Positions 1-11,375 of a stretch of 64,000 nt of DNA are shown piece after piece. Source of the DNA: Octopus sinensis (Eukaryota); contig NC_042998.1 in NCBI RefSeq assembly GCF_006345805.1, positions 189,534,001 to 189,598,000 of the forward strand. The letters run 5' to 3'. The translations under genes and the position numbers were made by a program. The notes under the pieces are model-generated. The model ran no database searches. It was not told where the DNA came from and saw only the letters and a program-made list of their open reading frames with translations. Positions within the stretch are counted from its first letter, which is position 1; every line of letters begins with the position of its first letter.

Positions 1-240
1 CTAGCAAGGGTTGGATGGTTCAACCGGGTCTGGGAAGCCAGGAGGCTGCACCAGGCTCCAGTCTGATCTGGCAGTGTTTCTACAGCTGGATGCCCTTCCT
101 AACGCCAACCACTCCGTGAGTGTAGCGGGTGCTTTTTACGTGCCACTGGCACAGGTGCCAGAGGAGGCTGGCAACGGCCATGATCGGTTGGTGCTTTTTA
201 CGTGTCACCAGCACAGAAGCCAGTAAAGGTGGCACTATTG
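1..240 (-). mobile_element. RTE LINE 3'-end fragment
   Basis: Near-identical to the other copies in 1.8-9 kb (ggctgcaccaggctccagtctgatctggc...ggatgcccttcctaacgccaaccactcc). Confidence 0.7.
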
Positions 241-354
241 TTTTTATAAATTGATTTGATGTTGCTGATGAATGATCTGAACATCTGTACTGGTATAGAA
301 AAACTTCTGAAAAAGTGTTCATAAGCAAAATTCAAATTAAGAAAGAGAAAATAC

Positions 355-520
355 CTTTATCTACTGAGGTTGACTTATTATGGATTGGTGGTGCAGTGTA
401 ATCAGGGAAATTCACAACATTACTAGTGGTACCAAACCCTGAATCCCTGATTGTACGGATTAATAAATTGTAGAGTGGAAGATCTGGTTTAATTTTCAGA
501 GAGCCCAATTGTTTCCAAAC
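355..520 (-). CDS. PTCD1: PTCD1-like gene, coding exon 5 (gene continues beyond left edge)
   Basis: Acceptor (t)n-cgtAG, donor AAG|GTATTT, 166 nt. Reads VWKQLGSLKIKPDLPLYNLLIRTIRDSGFG..., continuing the PPR frame. Confidence 0.85.
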
Positions 521-1783
521 CTACGAAAAAAAAAAAAATGAAACTTATTATTTACATGCATAATAGGTATGGCTATGTGGTTAAAAAGTTTGCATTGCAA
601 CCATGTAGTTCTGGGTTTGATCCTACTGCACAGCACTTTGGATGAGTCTCTTCTACCATAGCCTGAGTCTGACATGCATGTAAAATTTGGCTGACAGAAA
701 ACCCATCAAAAATATATACAAATATATAAGACACTGAGCCTTATGAAGGAGGTGATTAAGGACTGACATATCTGGCACACTGCCATACACTGAGGAGGAC
801 CCCGTCTGCCACAGCAGGAATGATACTGATGCTGGTGCCATGTTAAAAGTACTGGTTCTGGTGCCACATAACAAGGACACACATATCATCAGAAAAGAAG
901 GCAGTGCAAGGACCCTTTATAAGACCTGTGACTATGGAGGGACAAAGTTATTTTAAAAACTGAAAATCTGGCCTAGATGCTTGCAAAAGAGTAGACAATA
1001 CTAAAGGTATATACTAAATGTATAAGACCACCAACTGGTACCTAAAGTACTAGGTGATGTTAAACTGGTTATATACACACTACTATTATAGCTTTTAATT
1101 AGAATTGAAAATAATCTTGATTCTGATAATCAATGGTTAATTAGCTATCCTTCTTGTCAATGTTTCTAGTTCAGATATTAATTCCCAATAACCAGATAAA
1201 CTGGGGTTTGTGGAATTAAATGTCATGCCCAGAGGTACAATGAAATAGTTGTCATAGATTTGAAGCCAAGACCTTGGGAGTTTGCTATTAGTAACATTTT
1301 AGTTTTGTAATCAACCATTTTGTCACCTCTATAAACCACAAAAATAAAAAATAAAAAAAAAATTAAAACTTATGAGGGAGTTGCTATATGGTCTCAAGAC
1401 CTGCTAGAAACAGCAACCAAATCTCCCCGAAATAATGTCGGTGTTGTAAAGAAAGACATTAGATATAGTTTGAAGAGATACTATTTCTGAATATAAGATA
1501 GAATGGTCATAGGTTGAAATTTTGCTCACAGGTTTCTTTGGTCACTGTTTTAACATCCACTTTTATTGCTTGTAAAGGGTCAGACAGAATTTGTTGAGGT
1601 GCATTTTTTAAGGTCATATGCTCTTCCTCTTGCTAGCTCTCAACTGTTTTCAAATAAGGAAGTATTTCCTCATAACCAGACATGTTTTCACAGAAGACTG
1701 GAAATGAAGTACACTTCTAGCGTGACAGTAACACTCATTTATATCATACGATGTCAAGTCAAAGAGACAGCAAGACACACACA

Positions 1784-2190
1784 CATCATCATCGTTTAAC
1801 GTCCGTTTTCCATGCTAGCATGGGTTGGACGGTTCGACTGGGATCTGGGAAGCCAGGAGGCTGCACCAGGCTCCAGTCTGATCTGGCAGTTTTTCTACAG
1901 CTGGATGCCCTTCATAACGCCAACCACTCCATGAGTGTAGTGGGTGCTTTTTACGTGCCACCGGCACAGGGGTCTGAGGAGGCATCATCATCATCATCGT
2001 TTAACGTCCGTTTTCCATGCTAGCATGGGTTGGACGGTTCGATCAGGGTGTGGGAAGCCAGGAGACTGCACCAGGCTCCAGTCTGATCTGGCAGTGTTTC
2101 TACAGCTGGATGCCCTTCCTAACGCCAACCACTCCATGAGTGTAGTGGGTGCTTTTTACATCCCACCAGTACAGGGGCCAGGCGAGGCTA
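1784..2190 (-). mobile_element. Two tandem 5'-truncated RTE LINE 3' ends with (GAT)n tails
   Basis: Two ~200-bp copies, each starting catcatc-gtttaacgtccgttttccatgctagcatgg (at ~1784 and ~1984). Confidence 0.75.
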
Positions 2191-2239
2191 AAAAAAAAAG
2201 AAATGTCTGATGAGAAGTTAAAAGAAAAGTGCTGTTTAC

Positions 2240-2557
2240 CTGTAGGGCATGTCTGAGACCTGCCATTTTGTCTGATACACATCCCATCAATAGGAAACTG
2301 AATAACTCAGTATCTGGAGGATGTGTTTCACAGAAGCTATCAGCAACCTTGAATGCTGTCGGAATGTCACCACAGACACTGTAAGACTTTATCATTGCTT
2401 TGTGTGTGATTGGATGAAGTGGCACTTCTTTCTCGAGGATTAAGTCATGAAGTTTGCGAGTCCTTTGTAAACCATCACTCAACCAAGGAGAATTGGAACA
2501 GCAGTTGAATAAACAAGTGTAGGTGTGACCTGTAGGTTGTATCCCCATCTTCTTCAT
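2240..2557 (-). CDS. PTCD1: PTCD1-like gene, coding exon 4 (PPR repeats)
   Basis: Acceptor ttttcAG, donor CAG|GTAAAC, 318 nt. Reads MKKMGIQPTGHTYTCLFNCCSNSPW...FSFLLMGCVSDKMAGLRHALQ, matching recalled PTCD1 motifs TYTALFN-C-SPW and FSFLLMGC--DK. Confidence 0.92.
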
Positions 2558-2726
2558 CTGAAAAAGATATTATTTTGCTCATAAAAAAAATCCCACCATC
2601 ATCATCGTCACACCACAAACAATGTAGGTTTTCTGCAAATCTGCATATGTTATATAAATTATTTATTATAAAAAAGAGGAACAATTAGCTTTCACAGGCC
2701 TTGAAACTGGTGGTATTGTCGAGGTT

Positions 2727-2930
2727 TAAGGTGGTGAGCTGGCAGAAATGTGTAGCTGTATTTCGTCTGAGTTCAAATTCTGCCGAGGTCGACTTTGCCG
2801 TTCATCCTTTCGGGGTCGATAAATTAAGTATCAGTTACGCACTGGGGTTGATATAATTGACTTAATCCATTCATCTGTCCTTGTTTATCCTCTCTGTGTT
2901 TAGCCCCATGTGGGTAGTAAAGAAATAGGT
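2727..2930 (+). mobile_element. tRNA-related SINE (ggcggcgagctggcaga family)
   Basis: Multi-copy in the window. Has a gagttcaaattc box-B-like motif and a ttcatcctttcggggtcgat core. Flanked by the ggtattgt(c/t)gaggttta duplication. Confidence 0.8.
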
Positions 2931-3167
2931 ATTGTTGAGGTTTAGTTTGAACTTTTGAAAGCTCATGTCTGTAGAATATATATGGGCAGGAACAGAGTTT
3001 GAGAGGAGAACAGTTCTGGTGAAAAAGGATTAAGTGGATAGTTCCATTCAGATTTTGATGGCAGAAGATATAGTATGGATGACAGGTAGGTATATTGGGT
3101 GGTCTTAACTGGGGGTAATTGTTTGTCAGTTCGGAAGAGGAGGAACCATTGTAAAATTATATATATA

Positions 3168-3581
3168 TTATAAAAATAGGGTTCAGTAAAATAATTTACT
3201 TTACCACACACTGAACTTTTTAGAAATAGCAGCCAAAAATTTTAGCTATTTCTTCTACTGTAAGAAAAATCTCCCAGACAATGCATACTCAAAAATAACT
3301 CACACAGGTATAGAGGGAAAAACAACGAAAGATCACACCTATATAAGATTATTTTTTGAGTATGCATTGTCTGGGAGAGATTTTTCTTACAGTAGAAGAA
3401 ATAGCTAAAATTTTTGGCTGCTATTTCTAAAAAGTTCAGTGTGTGGTAAAGTAAATTATTTTACTGAACCCTATTTTTATAATGTAATATTTCAAATATA
3501 CCGTAAATGGTCTTTTTACATACTGAACACTACTTGGTAAAATTAATTAATAATTAATTAGCTTTACCCTTTTATTATTGA

Positions 3582-3585
<4 letters not shown>
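3168..3585. mobile_element. Fold-back element in TA arrays, probable PLE pseudo-LTR derivative
   Basis: ~130-bp inverted arms at 3168-3298 and 3349-3482. Homologous to 31191-31435 and 34747-34850. Confidence 0.5.
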
Positions 3586-3619
<34 letters not shown>

Positions 3620-4028
3620 AGAGAGAGAGAGAGAGAGTGTGTGTGTGTAGACTATATGTCTGTAATGGCTGTAGCATGTTGGTGAGTAAGGATTTGTGAA
3701 TCACTTGCATGGTATTTTTGATAGCAATTTTTGGAAGTGGCAGCCTAGAATGTTTGTATGTGCTGTGGATGTTATGTCTCACATATGTGAGCAAGATTTT
3801 AATGTGCAGTAGATATGTACATTGTAGTAATAAAACATGAGTGGGATCATCGTGTGGGAACCAGCATTGTATAATTGACCATAGTGCTGAACTTAAGTAC
3901 TTGTATGGGTCTGAAGAAGGTGATGGGAAACGACTGCAACCCCCCCCCCCTATATGTAAACTAAGTGCTAAGTAGGGACCTAGCAACCAAACGTTTATGA
4001 GACCAAGAATCAGTATAGAAAGACCTAC

Positions 4029-4169
4029 TTTATTAAACAAACTGAAAGCTTTCTTGGTGTATCCAGTTTTTCCAAGAATACCAAGAAGTTGGTTAAAAAC
4101 ATAAGCATTTGGCATGACACGGTGTTTTTTTAGCATGGTATCTTCCAGTGTATCAATAGCTTCCAAAAT
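4029..4169 (-). CDS. PTCD1: PTCD1-like gene, coding exon 3 (PPR repeat)
   Basis: Acceptor ctgttttAG, donor AAA|GTAGGT, 141 nt, phase 0. Reads ILEAIDTLEDTMLKKHRVMPNAYVFNQLLGILGKTGYTKKAFSLFNK, a PPR motif. Confidence 0.9.
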
Positions 4170-4329
4170 CTAAAACAGAATGAAAAAAAAAAAAAATTGA
4201 GAATGGATTAAAAAATTCCCCAAAAGTTGTACCATAAACTGAGCAATATATATTTTTATGCACAACTTAATGTGTTTAGATAATACGTTGAATGTTGAGG
4301 GTATAATTTTATCGATAAAATTTGTATTT

Positions 4330-4720
4330 CTTCACTACAGGAAGACATCTAGACATCTTCAAGATGCGGTGACTTCTAGAAGAGAGAACAACTTAGTACA
4401 GAACATTGATCTCTTAACATTTTCAGGTTAGCATCTTCTCTCCACATGATCTTAACATTATCAACCCTATCCACCCAATTATCGACCTTTTGCAGACAGC
4501 CATCAACGACGACATCCTTAGTAGGACTTCCACAGACCCAAATCCATATTTTAACCACTGGAGATGTACTCTCTTATGTCACTGCCCAGTAGACTGTCAC
4601 TTTAGAGGAATTTAGTGAAAACAATGTTATTGCCCAAGACATTAGCAAAGCCTTTGACCAAGCTACACATACAGACCTCCTGGACTGCATCCAGAGAGGA
4701 GTCACTTGACTGACTGGCAT
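4330..4720 (+). pseudogene. Degenerate LINE reverse-transcriptase fragment
   Basis: Reads TGDVLSYVT...NVIAQDISKAFDQ, a non-LTR RT motif, with stops. Boundaries approximate. Confidence 0.55.
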
Positions 4721-4724
4721 TAAT

Positions 4725-5125
4725 CATCATTATCATCATCGTTTAACATCTGTTTTCCATGCTAGCAATGGGTTGGACGGTTCGACTGGGGTCTGGGAAG
4801 CCAGGAGGCTGCACCAGGCTCCAGTTTGATCTGGCAGTGTTTCTACAGCTGGATGCCCTTCCTAACGCCAACCAATCCGTGTGTATAGTGGGTGCTTTTT
4901 ACGTGCCACTGGCACAGGTGCCAGGGGAGGCTGGCAATGACCATGATCGGTTGGTGCTTTTTACGTGCCACCGGCACAGAAGCCAGTCATGGCGGTGCTG
5001 GCATTGGCCACATTTGGATGGTGTATTTTACGTGCCACCGGCACAGGTATCACAACTACAATTTTCATTTGATTTTTTGATGTTGATGTACTTGACTCAA
5101 TAGGTCTCCTCAAGCACAGCAGGTC
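4725..5125 (-). mobile_element. RTE LINE 3'-end fragment
   Basis: Same family as the other copies, with internal ggtgctttttacgtgccac subrepeats. Confidence 0.75.
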
Positions 5126-5469
5126 GCCCTACAATCCAAGGTAAGCACAGCAGGCCATCCTGCGATCTAAGGCACTTTGGATGAGCTGGGGCTTCTATGT
5201 GAAGCTGGTGCAGGAAACAGCCATGAACTCACGTTATTTGTTGGGTCTTAGAATAATTTCCTTCCTTCCTTCAGCCAGTTTTAGAGACCCTTGAGAAAGG
5301 TGTTAGGTACTGTCCTTCTACCTCTGACTAAATCAATAGCAAAAAAATGTTGTGATGTAAAATGTGACTATATCAGACAATAAGTCATAGGCTACACAAG
5401 GGCCACAGTACAACATTCACTGAAAATATAAATTGCAACATTTGCTTCTTTAAAATGCTACATATGTTA

Positions 5470-5895
5470 ATGTGATCATTACCAGCATCGCCTTACTAGC
5501 GCTTGTACCTGTGCTAGTAGGGTGCCAAGAGCACCATCCGAGTGTGATCGTTGCCATAGCTGCTAACTGGCTTCTGTGCTGGTGGCACATAAAAGGGCAC
5601 CATTCGAGTGTGATCGTTACCAGAGTCGCCTTACTGGCACCTGTGCCGGTGGCATGTGTAAAAAGATTCGAGCGAGGTCATTGCCAGTACCGCCTGACTG
5701 GCCCCCGTACCAGTGGCATGTAAAAAGCACCCACTACACTCTCGGAGTGGTTGGCGTTAGGAAGGGCATCCAGCTGTAGAAACTCTGCCAGATCAAGATT
5801 GGAGCCTGGTGCAGCCATCTGGTTCGCCAGCCCTCAGTCAAAATTGTCCAACCCATGCTAGCATGGAAAGCGGTTTAAACAATGATGATGATAAT
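5470..5895 (+). mobile_element. RTE LINE 3'-end fragment (related subfamily, opposite orientation)
   Basis: ggagtggttggcgttaggaagggcatccagctgtagaa...catgctagcatggaaagcgg followed by (GAT)n. Confidence 0.7.
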
Positions 5896-6477
5896 GAGGT
5901 TCTAAATTTTTCTGTATCCCTTTTAAATGTTCTACCAGTCGCTTTGCTATATCAAAATGTTTTGTAGTTTCTTTTGCACCTTCTGAGTTTGAAATTAATT
6001 TACTGATTTTAATTTCCAGAGAAATTGTCTTTCTTGACATTAGAAATTTTGTTATTCAATCTTGAATATAATTAACATAATATAAAACATTAATTCTAAT
6101 TGAAGTGTTAGCTTAGAGTGAAGTTCAAATAATGAAAGGAAATAAAACCGAAATGGAAACGATTAAATGATGTTTTTGTATGCATAAGGTAAAAGCAAAA
6201 AAAAAAAGTCAAAAGTGAAAACGTGTAAACCGAGTGACAGCGTATTTTAGTAGTATTAGATGTCCAACTGAATTATCTCCCTTAACATCAAAGACGACTG
6301 CATTTCGTATCTTAATAAAATAAATAAATTTGTACCAAAGTAGTGAGGCCAATATACAAAAACCCTGAAAGGTGGTGCCCCCGCATGGCCGCTGATGAAT
6401 GACAGAAGCATTTAAAAGAAGTAGATATCAAAAACAGCAAAGAAAACAGAAAGTGAAAGTTAACAAAGAGACTTAAC

Positions 6478-6601
6478 CTTTCCTTCTTTCCCCAGATGTT
6501 TGATCCTTCCAGCATACCAATGTGGTTCATGTAATCGACCTTTTGGAGAGAGCCGGATGTGATTTCGACCTTCATTTTCATCTTTTTTGTCATCCGCGAA
6601 G
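6478..6601 (-). CDS. PTCD1: PTCD1-like gene, coding exon 2
   Basis: Acceptor cattttAG, donor AAG|GTTAAG, 124 nt. Reads ...EPHWYAGRIKHLGKEGK, resembling the WY...KHLIKEGK segment I recall from vertebrate PTCD1. This frame is not shown in the ORF track. Confidence 0.85.
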
Positions 6602-6904
6602 CTAAAATGAGAAATAATGTGAAAAAATATCAATTCTTTACGTTGTTTTTGTTTAGTTCTAGGTCAATCCTTATCAGGCTGACTTGTTACCTAAGGCTTT
6701 CCAGTCGTAACTACCCTGTCATTTTGGGGTAGTCTGTGTCTACATTATCCTACAATGTCCTTATTTAAGATGATTGGGTATAATTCGTAGAAGACCTAGC
6801 TGTTACTTCTAACAGGTTGAGAGACTATGAAGAGGGTCTTTCTGTGGATTATCAGACAAGTCTGTAATGTATGCACCTCCTATATATCTAACTATAGTTA
6901 TAAC

Positions 6905-7295
6905 ATCATCATCATTTAACGTCTGTTTTCCATGCTAGCATGGGTTGGGTGGTTCGACTGGGGTCTGGTAAGCCATGGAGGCTGTATCAGGCTCCAGTCT
7001 GATCTGGCAGTGTTTCTACAGCTGGATGCCCTTCCTAACGCCAACCACTCCCTGTGTGTAGTGGGTGTTTTTTACGTGCCACTGGTACAGGAGCTAGCGC
7101 AGGCTGGCAAACGGCCATGATCAGTTGGTGTTTTTACGTGTCACCGACACGGACGCCAGTCAGGCGACGCTAGTAACTGCTACGCTTGAAGGGTGCTTTT
7201 ACGTGTCACCAGCACTGGTGTCTTAACTACAATTACCATTCGAATTTGTGATGTTGACGAACTTGATTCAACAAGTCTCCTCAAGAACAGCGGGT
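6905..7295 (-). mobile_element. RTE LINE 3'-end fragment
   Basis: Same family, with the (CAT)n tail on the + strand. Confidence 0.7.
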
Positions 7296-8077
7296 CACTC
7301 TATGATCGAAGGTCAGCGCATACATATATTTTCAATACTTATCTTTGTAGGTTGATAAAATTTGGGATATTTCTCAATACAATGTTGGAACATACGTTAT
7401 GCATTTTTACAGTTATATGTTTAAGCTAATGCTGCTTAACTATGACAGCAAACTAACAATTATTCCAGTCGGGTTCATTTACAAAAAAGCCAAAGGTTTT
7501 ATAAACCTTTCATATACACCTCGGAAAAATTAGAATGTGGCATTGAGGAAGCATCTATTAGAAATAGCAACCAAATCTCAGAGAATTTCCACTGACCCAA
7601 GTAAGAATGGAAATTAGATATCAAAATGATGATTTTTATTGCTATTTTCTACAGCTGTCAGGTTTTCCTTCATGATCATGTGGTCCATATTCTAGCATCT
7701 TGACCATTTAGCCAATAAGAGAATACAAATAAAAACCATACAAAATATGGAAACAGCATGGCTAAGTGCTTAAGTTTGCTTTGTAACTGCATAATTCCAG
7801 GTTTGATCCCACATCAGTACCTTTCATAGATGCTTTTTAACAGGAAGAGTACCTATAGTCAGAAACGTCAACTCTTTCCAAGCAAGGAAGTATTTCTCAA
7901 TGGTCAGATATATTTTCACAAAAGAATTAAAATGTACAACACTGCTTGTATGATAGTGATACCCATTTAAAACTACTGTGTGATGTCAAGGCAAAACACT
8001 CACACACACACACATACATGATGGACTTTTTTTCAGTTTGCTTCTACCAAATCCACTCACAAGGCTTTGATCAGCCC

Positions 8078-8700
8078 ATCATCATCATCATTGTTATTTA
8101 ACATCTGCTTTCCATGCTGGCTTGGGTTGGACGGTTTGACTAAGGACTGGCAAGCCAGGAGGCTGCACCAGGCTCCAATCTGATTTGGCAAGTTTTCTAC
8201 AGCTGGATGCCCTTCCTAATGCCAACTCTTCCAAGAATGTAGTGGGTGCTTTTTATGTGCCACCAGCATGGGTGCTGGTCAGGCGGTGCTGGCATTGGCC
8301 ACACTCGAATGGTGCTTTTTACATGTCAGTCAGGTGCTACTGGCATCGGCCATGTATGAATGGTGCTTTTTATGTGCCACCAGCATAGAATCCAGTCAGG
8401 CAGCACTGGCATCAGCCACGACTATGATTTCACTCAGTTCAACAGGTTTTCACAAGCATGGCATATTACTTGATAATTAAAGGGTGCTTTTAAATGGGTC
8501 ACTTATGTGACACTGGCATCAACCATGACTATGATCTCATTTGGATTGCTGGGTCTTCTCAAGCACAACATATCTCCAAAGGTCTCAGTTGCTTGCCATT
8601 GTCTCTGTGAGACCCAATATTTGAAGGTTGTGCTTCATCACCTCATCCCATGTCTTCCTAGGCCTATCTCTTCAACAGGTTCCCTCCACTGTTAGGGTGT
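8078..8700 (-). mobile_element. 5'-truncated RTE LINE including end of ORF
   Basis: Minus strand 8570-8672 reads RDRPRKTWDEVMKHNLQILGLTETMA, typical of an RTE ORF C-terminus (GRPRKTW). The shared 3' UTR and (GAT)n tail follow, which assigns the family. Confidence 0.75.
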
Positions 8701-8829
8701 GACCTCATCCATACGCAACTCTCCCATAGCTGTGGTAAAAGACAATTGTCCAGGATGTCATACAGTAGAATTGAACCTGAAACTACATGGTTATGTGCAG
8801 CAATATAAATTTCTTGTTGTATTTGCCCC

Positions 8830-9025
8830 GTCTGGCACCTGTGCCGGTGGCACATAAAAAGCACCCACTACACTCACGGAGTGGTTGGCATTAGGAAGGG
8901 CATCCAGCCGTAGAAACATTGCCAGATCAGACTGGGCCTGGTGCAGCCTTCTGGCTTCCCAGACCCCAGCTGAACCGTCCAACCCATGCTAGCATGGAAA
9001 ACGGACGCTAAATAATGATGATGAT
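8830..9025 (+). mobile_element. RTE LINE 3'-end fragment
   Basis: Reverse-orientation copy of the 1784-1975 unit, ending in tgatgatgat. Confidence 0.75.
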
Positions 9026-9239
9026 TTGATCCCTGTGAAACAAATATAACAAGCAGTAGAGATAATAATTCCATAATGGGAAGCAACTCTATATACGAAC
9101 ACAACCAGTCAATAAATAGAGAATGATAAAATGAGCATGAGACTAAGTACTGAATTGATATAATTGACTAAAATCCATGAAGAAAGTGCCCCAGCATGGG
9201 ACAACTCAATTACTGAAACTAGTAAAAGACTAAACTAAC

Positions 9240-9865
9240 CTGCCATCCTCAGTTGCATCGTAGAGCAATTTCTTTTGCTCTAATCGGTCAGCAAGGCTCC
9301 CAAAACTATTAGACCATGAAGATAGATTTGTTTCAGATTTCGAGGTGGGGTAACTCTTAAAAGAAACTTCTTTTGGTTTTCTAACTGTACTTTCCTTTTT
9401 CTGTATTACAGAAGTATTTCTTAATAACTGTTCTTTTGGTTTTTCAACAATTGTTTTCTTTTTCTGTATTTTAGAAGTGTTTCTTAATGGCTGAAGAGCA
9501 GGTGCCCTTGTACTTTGCCAAATACTACCAAACGAATCGATGTCGGAACATGTAACAGTTGTTTTAAGCCAATTTTCATTTTCTTCTTTTTCTTCTGCAG
9601 TCAGAATTCTCTTATAACGTTTTCGATGCACTTTCGACTTTGCAGTCTTTTCATTTTCCTTATTTTTAGGAGCTGGAGAAAGTTCAGTAGAAGAAGCAGT
9701 AACAGTGCAGTAGTTATTGGTTCCAGCTGAGATACTAGTCTTGGTTAGTTTTGTTGAGAGATTATCCAAGACAGTCATTGAAGGAATTTTGTTGAGACAT
9801 ACGTTTCTGGTAATTCCAGACTGTAGCTGAATTGCTTTTGTAACTCCTATCAGTAACTTCGACAT
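9240..9865 (-). CDS. PTCD1: PTCD1-like gene, first coding exon (putative mitochondrial targeting sequence and Lys/Ser-rich N-terminus)
   Basis: Acceptor ttttgcAG at 9881-9882, ATG at 9865 (MSKLLIGVTK...), donor CAG|GTTAGT after 9240. The 626 coding nt (phase 2) join in frame with the 6478-6601 exon. Confidence 0.8.
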
Positions 9866-9975
9866 TGCGTCATAGGAAATCTGCAAAAACAAGACAAATT
9901 CTCCAAATAATAGTGATACAAAAAGCCACTCGTCTTTAGCATTTAGAGGTGTTTCTGAGGAGGAGTCACTTTTAA

Positions 9976-10582
9976 CCCTTTCGTTACCGTATTTATTTTG
10001 AGATGCTCCATGTTTCTTTCAATTAATTTTAAATATAACAAAGAATTTAGTAAAATAACTAGGCGCAGGAGTGGCTGTGTGGTAAGTAGCTTGCTAACCA
10101 ACCACATGGTTCCGGTTTCAGTCCCACTGCATGGCATCTTGGGCAAGTGTCTTCTGCTATAGCCCCGGGCCGACCAATGCCTTGTGAGTGGATTTGGTAG
10201 ACGGAAACTGAAAGAAGCCTGTTGTATATATGTATGTGTGTTTGTTTGTGCGTCTGTGTTAGTCCCCCTAGCATTGCTTGACAACCGATGCTGGTGTGTT
10301 TATGTCCCCGTTACTTAGCGGTTCGGCAAAAGAGACCGATAGAATAAGTACTGGGCTTACAAAAAGAATAAGTCCTGGGGTCGAGTTGCTCGATTAAAGG
10401 CGGTGCTCCAGCATGGCCGCAGTCAAATGACTGAAACAAGTAAAAGAGTTATCATTAAGCTAGTGTTATGAACATAAATTGTGACTAAGGTTTGGTGGAA
10501 GATTTTAATTCAAAATTTATGAAAACAAGACATTTGTACTTCTGAGCCAGAGCCGGTTTCAGCTGGGTTGGTAATGAAAGGG
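9976..10582. mobile_element. piggyBac-type non-autonomous element (MITE) interrupted by a SINE
   Basis: TTAA|CCCTTTCGTTACC ... GGTAATGAAAGGG|TTAA: 13-bp TIRs (one mismatch), CCC termini and a TTAA duplication. Confidence 0.8.
10061..10449 (+). mobile_element. Composite tRNA-derived SINE (ggcgcaggagtggctgtgtggtaag family)
   Basis: Box A/B-like head, ttgggcaagtg CORE-like motif, internal TA/TG microsatellite, tail ending gactgaaacaagtaaaagag. Many copies in the window. Confidence 0.85.
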
Positions 10583-10946
10583 TTAAGTAATAACAAATTT
10601 TGTTTCTAAAAATGAAACCAGGCTGTTAGCTATAACTTCAACTCCTTGTTACTAAGTGCCTTAGTCAGAGCTCATTCTATAGCAACCATTTGAACCTGGT
10701 ATTTCAGTTTCCACTCCATTCAACACTTTACCTGCAGATATTTATCAAGGAGAAAGAGGGAGGGGATGAGTAGCAACTAAGTGTGAAATATTTCCAGATA
10801 TGACCAGCATACCTTACCCACTACCAAGATTCCTTTTATTTCATTTTATCAAGTCTATCTTAGTTAAACCCCACCACACTTTTGTAAACTGCGAAATCTC
10901 TGCTGACCTACCTGTATCTGGGAAATACAATTCCGTTTATATTCAA

Positions 10947-11375
10947 CTAGCAGCATAGCCCGGCGTTGCCCGGGTATGTAAGAGCCCCTAGTAGGCAACG
11001 ACTAATCCCAATCTAGTCCTTTCCCTCTAGGGAATGAAGGCGCATGTGTAGGTTGCAATGTCTTCTCTTCACTCGAATACTTCTGTGTATACGATGTTCC
11101 AAGCTGTCCCTTTGGGCGATAAAAAGGTCGAGTTGTGTCCCCTAGACAGAAAATGTGTTGCATATAAAAAGCTTAGATTCTCGACCCCATGTCGAATTTA
11201 TCGATTTTTTTCAGAACTGGGGAAACTTTTCAAAATTTTAGCTGCATTAGTTTTGAATTATGACATGTGTGTGGGCTATGTGTGTGTCAAGTTTCATCAG
11301 AATCGGTTGAAAGCCGTGGTCAGGGTGAGGGTACAACCTGACAGACACACAAACTGCCGTTTATATATAGAGAGA
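10947..11375 (-). mobile_element. Non-autonomous Helitron
   Basis: Minus strand begins A|TCTCTCTATATATAAA and ends with a GC hairpin (cccgggcaacgccggg) followed by CTAG|T. Confidence 0.75.

Noticed and set aside
3564-4028. C-terminal part of the 200-aa ORF 3564..4166
   Set aside because: PPR similarity ends at the GT donor at 4028; the rest is intron read-through.
6312-6593. 93-aa ORF in track
   Set aside because: It is the wrong frame; the real exon (6478-6601) uses another frame fixed by splice phase.
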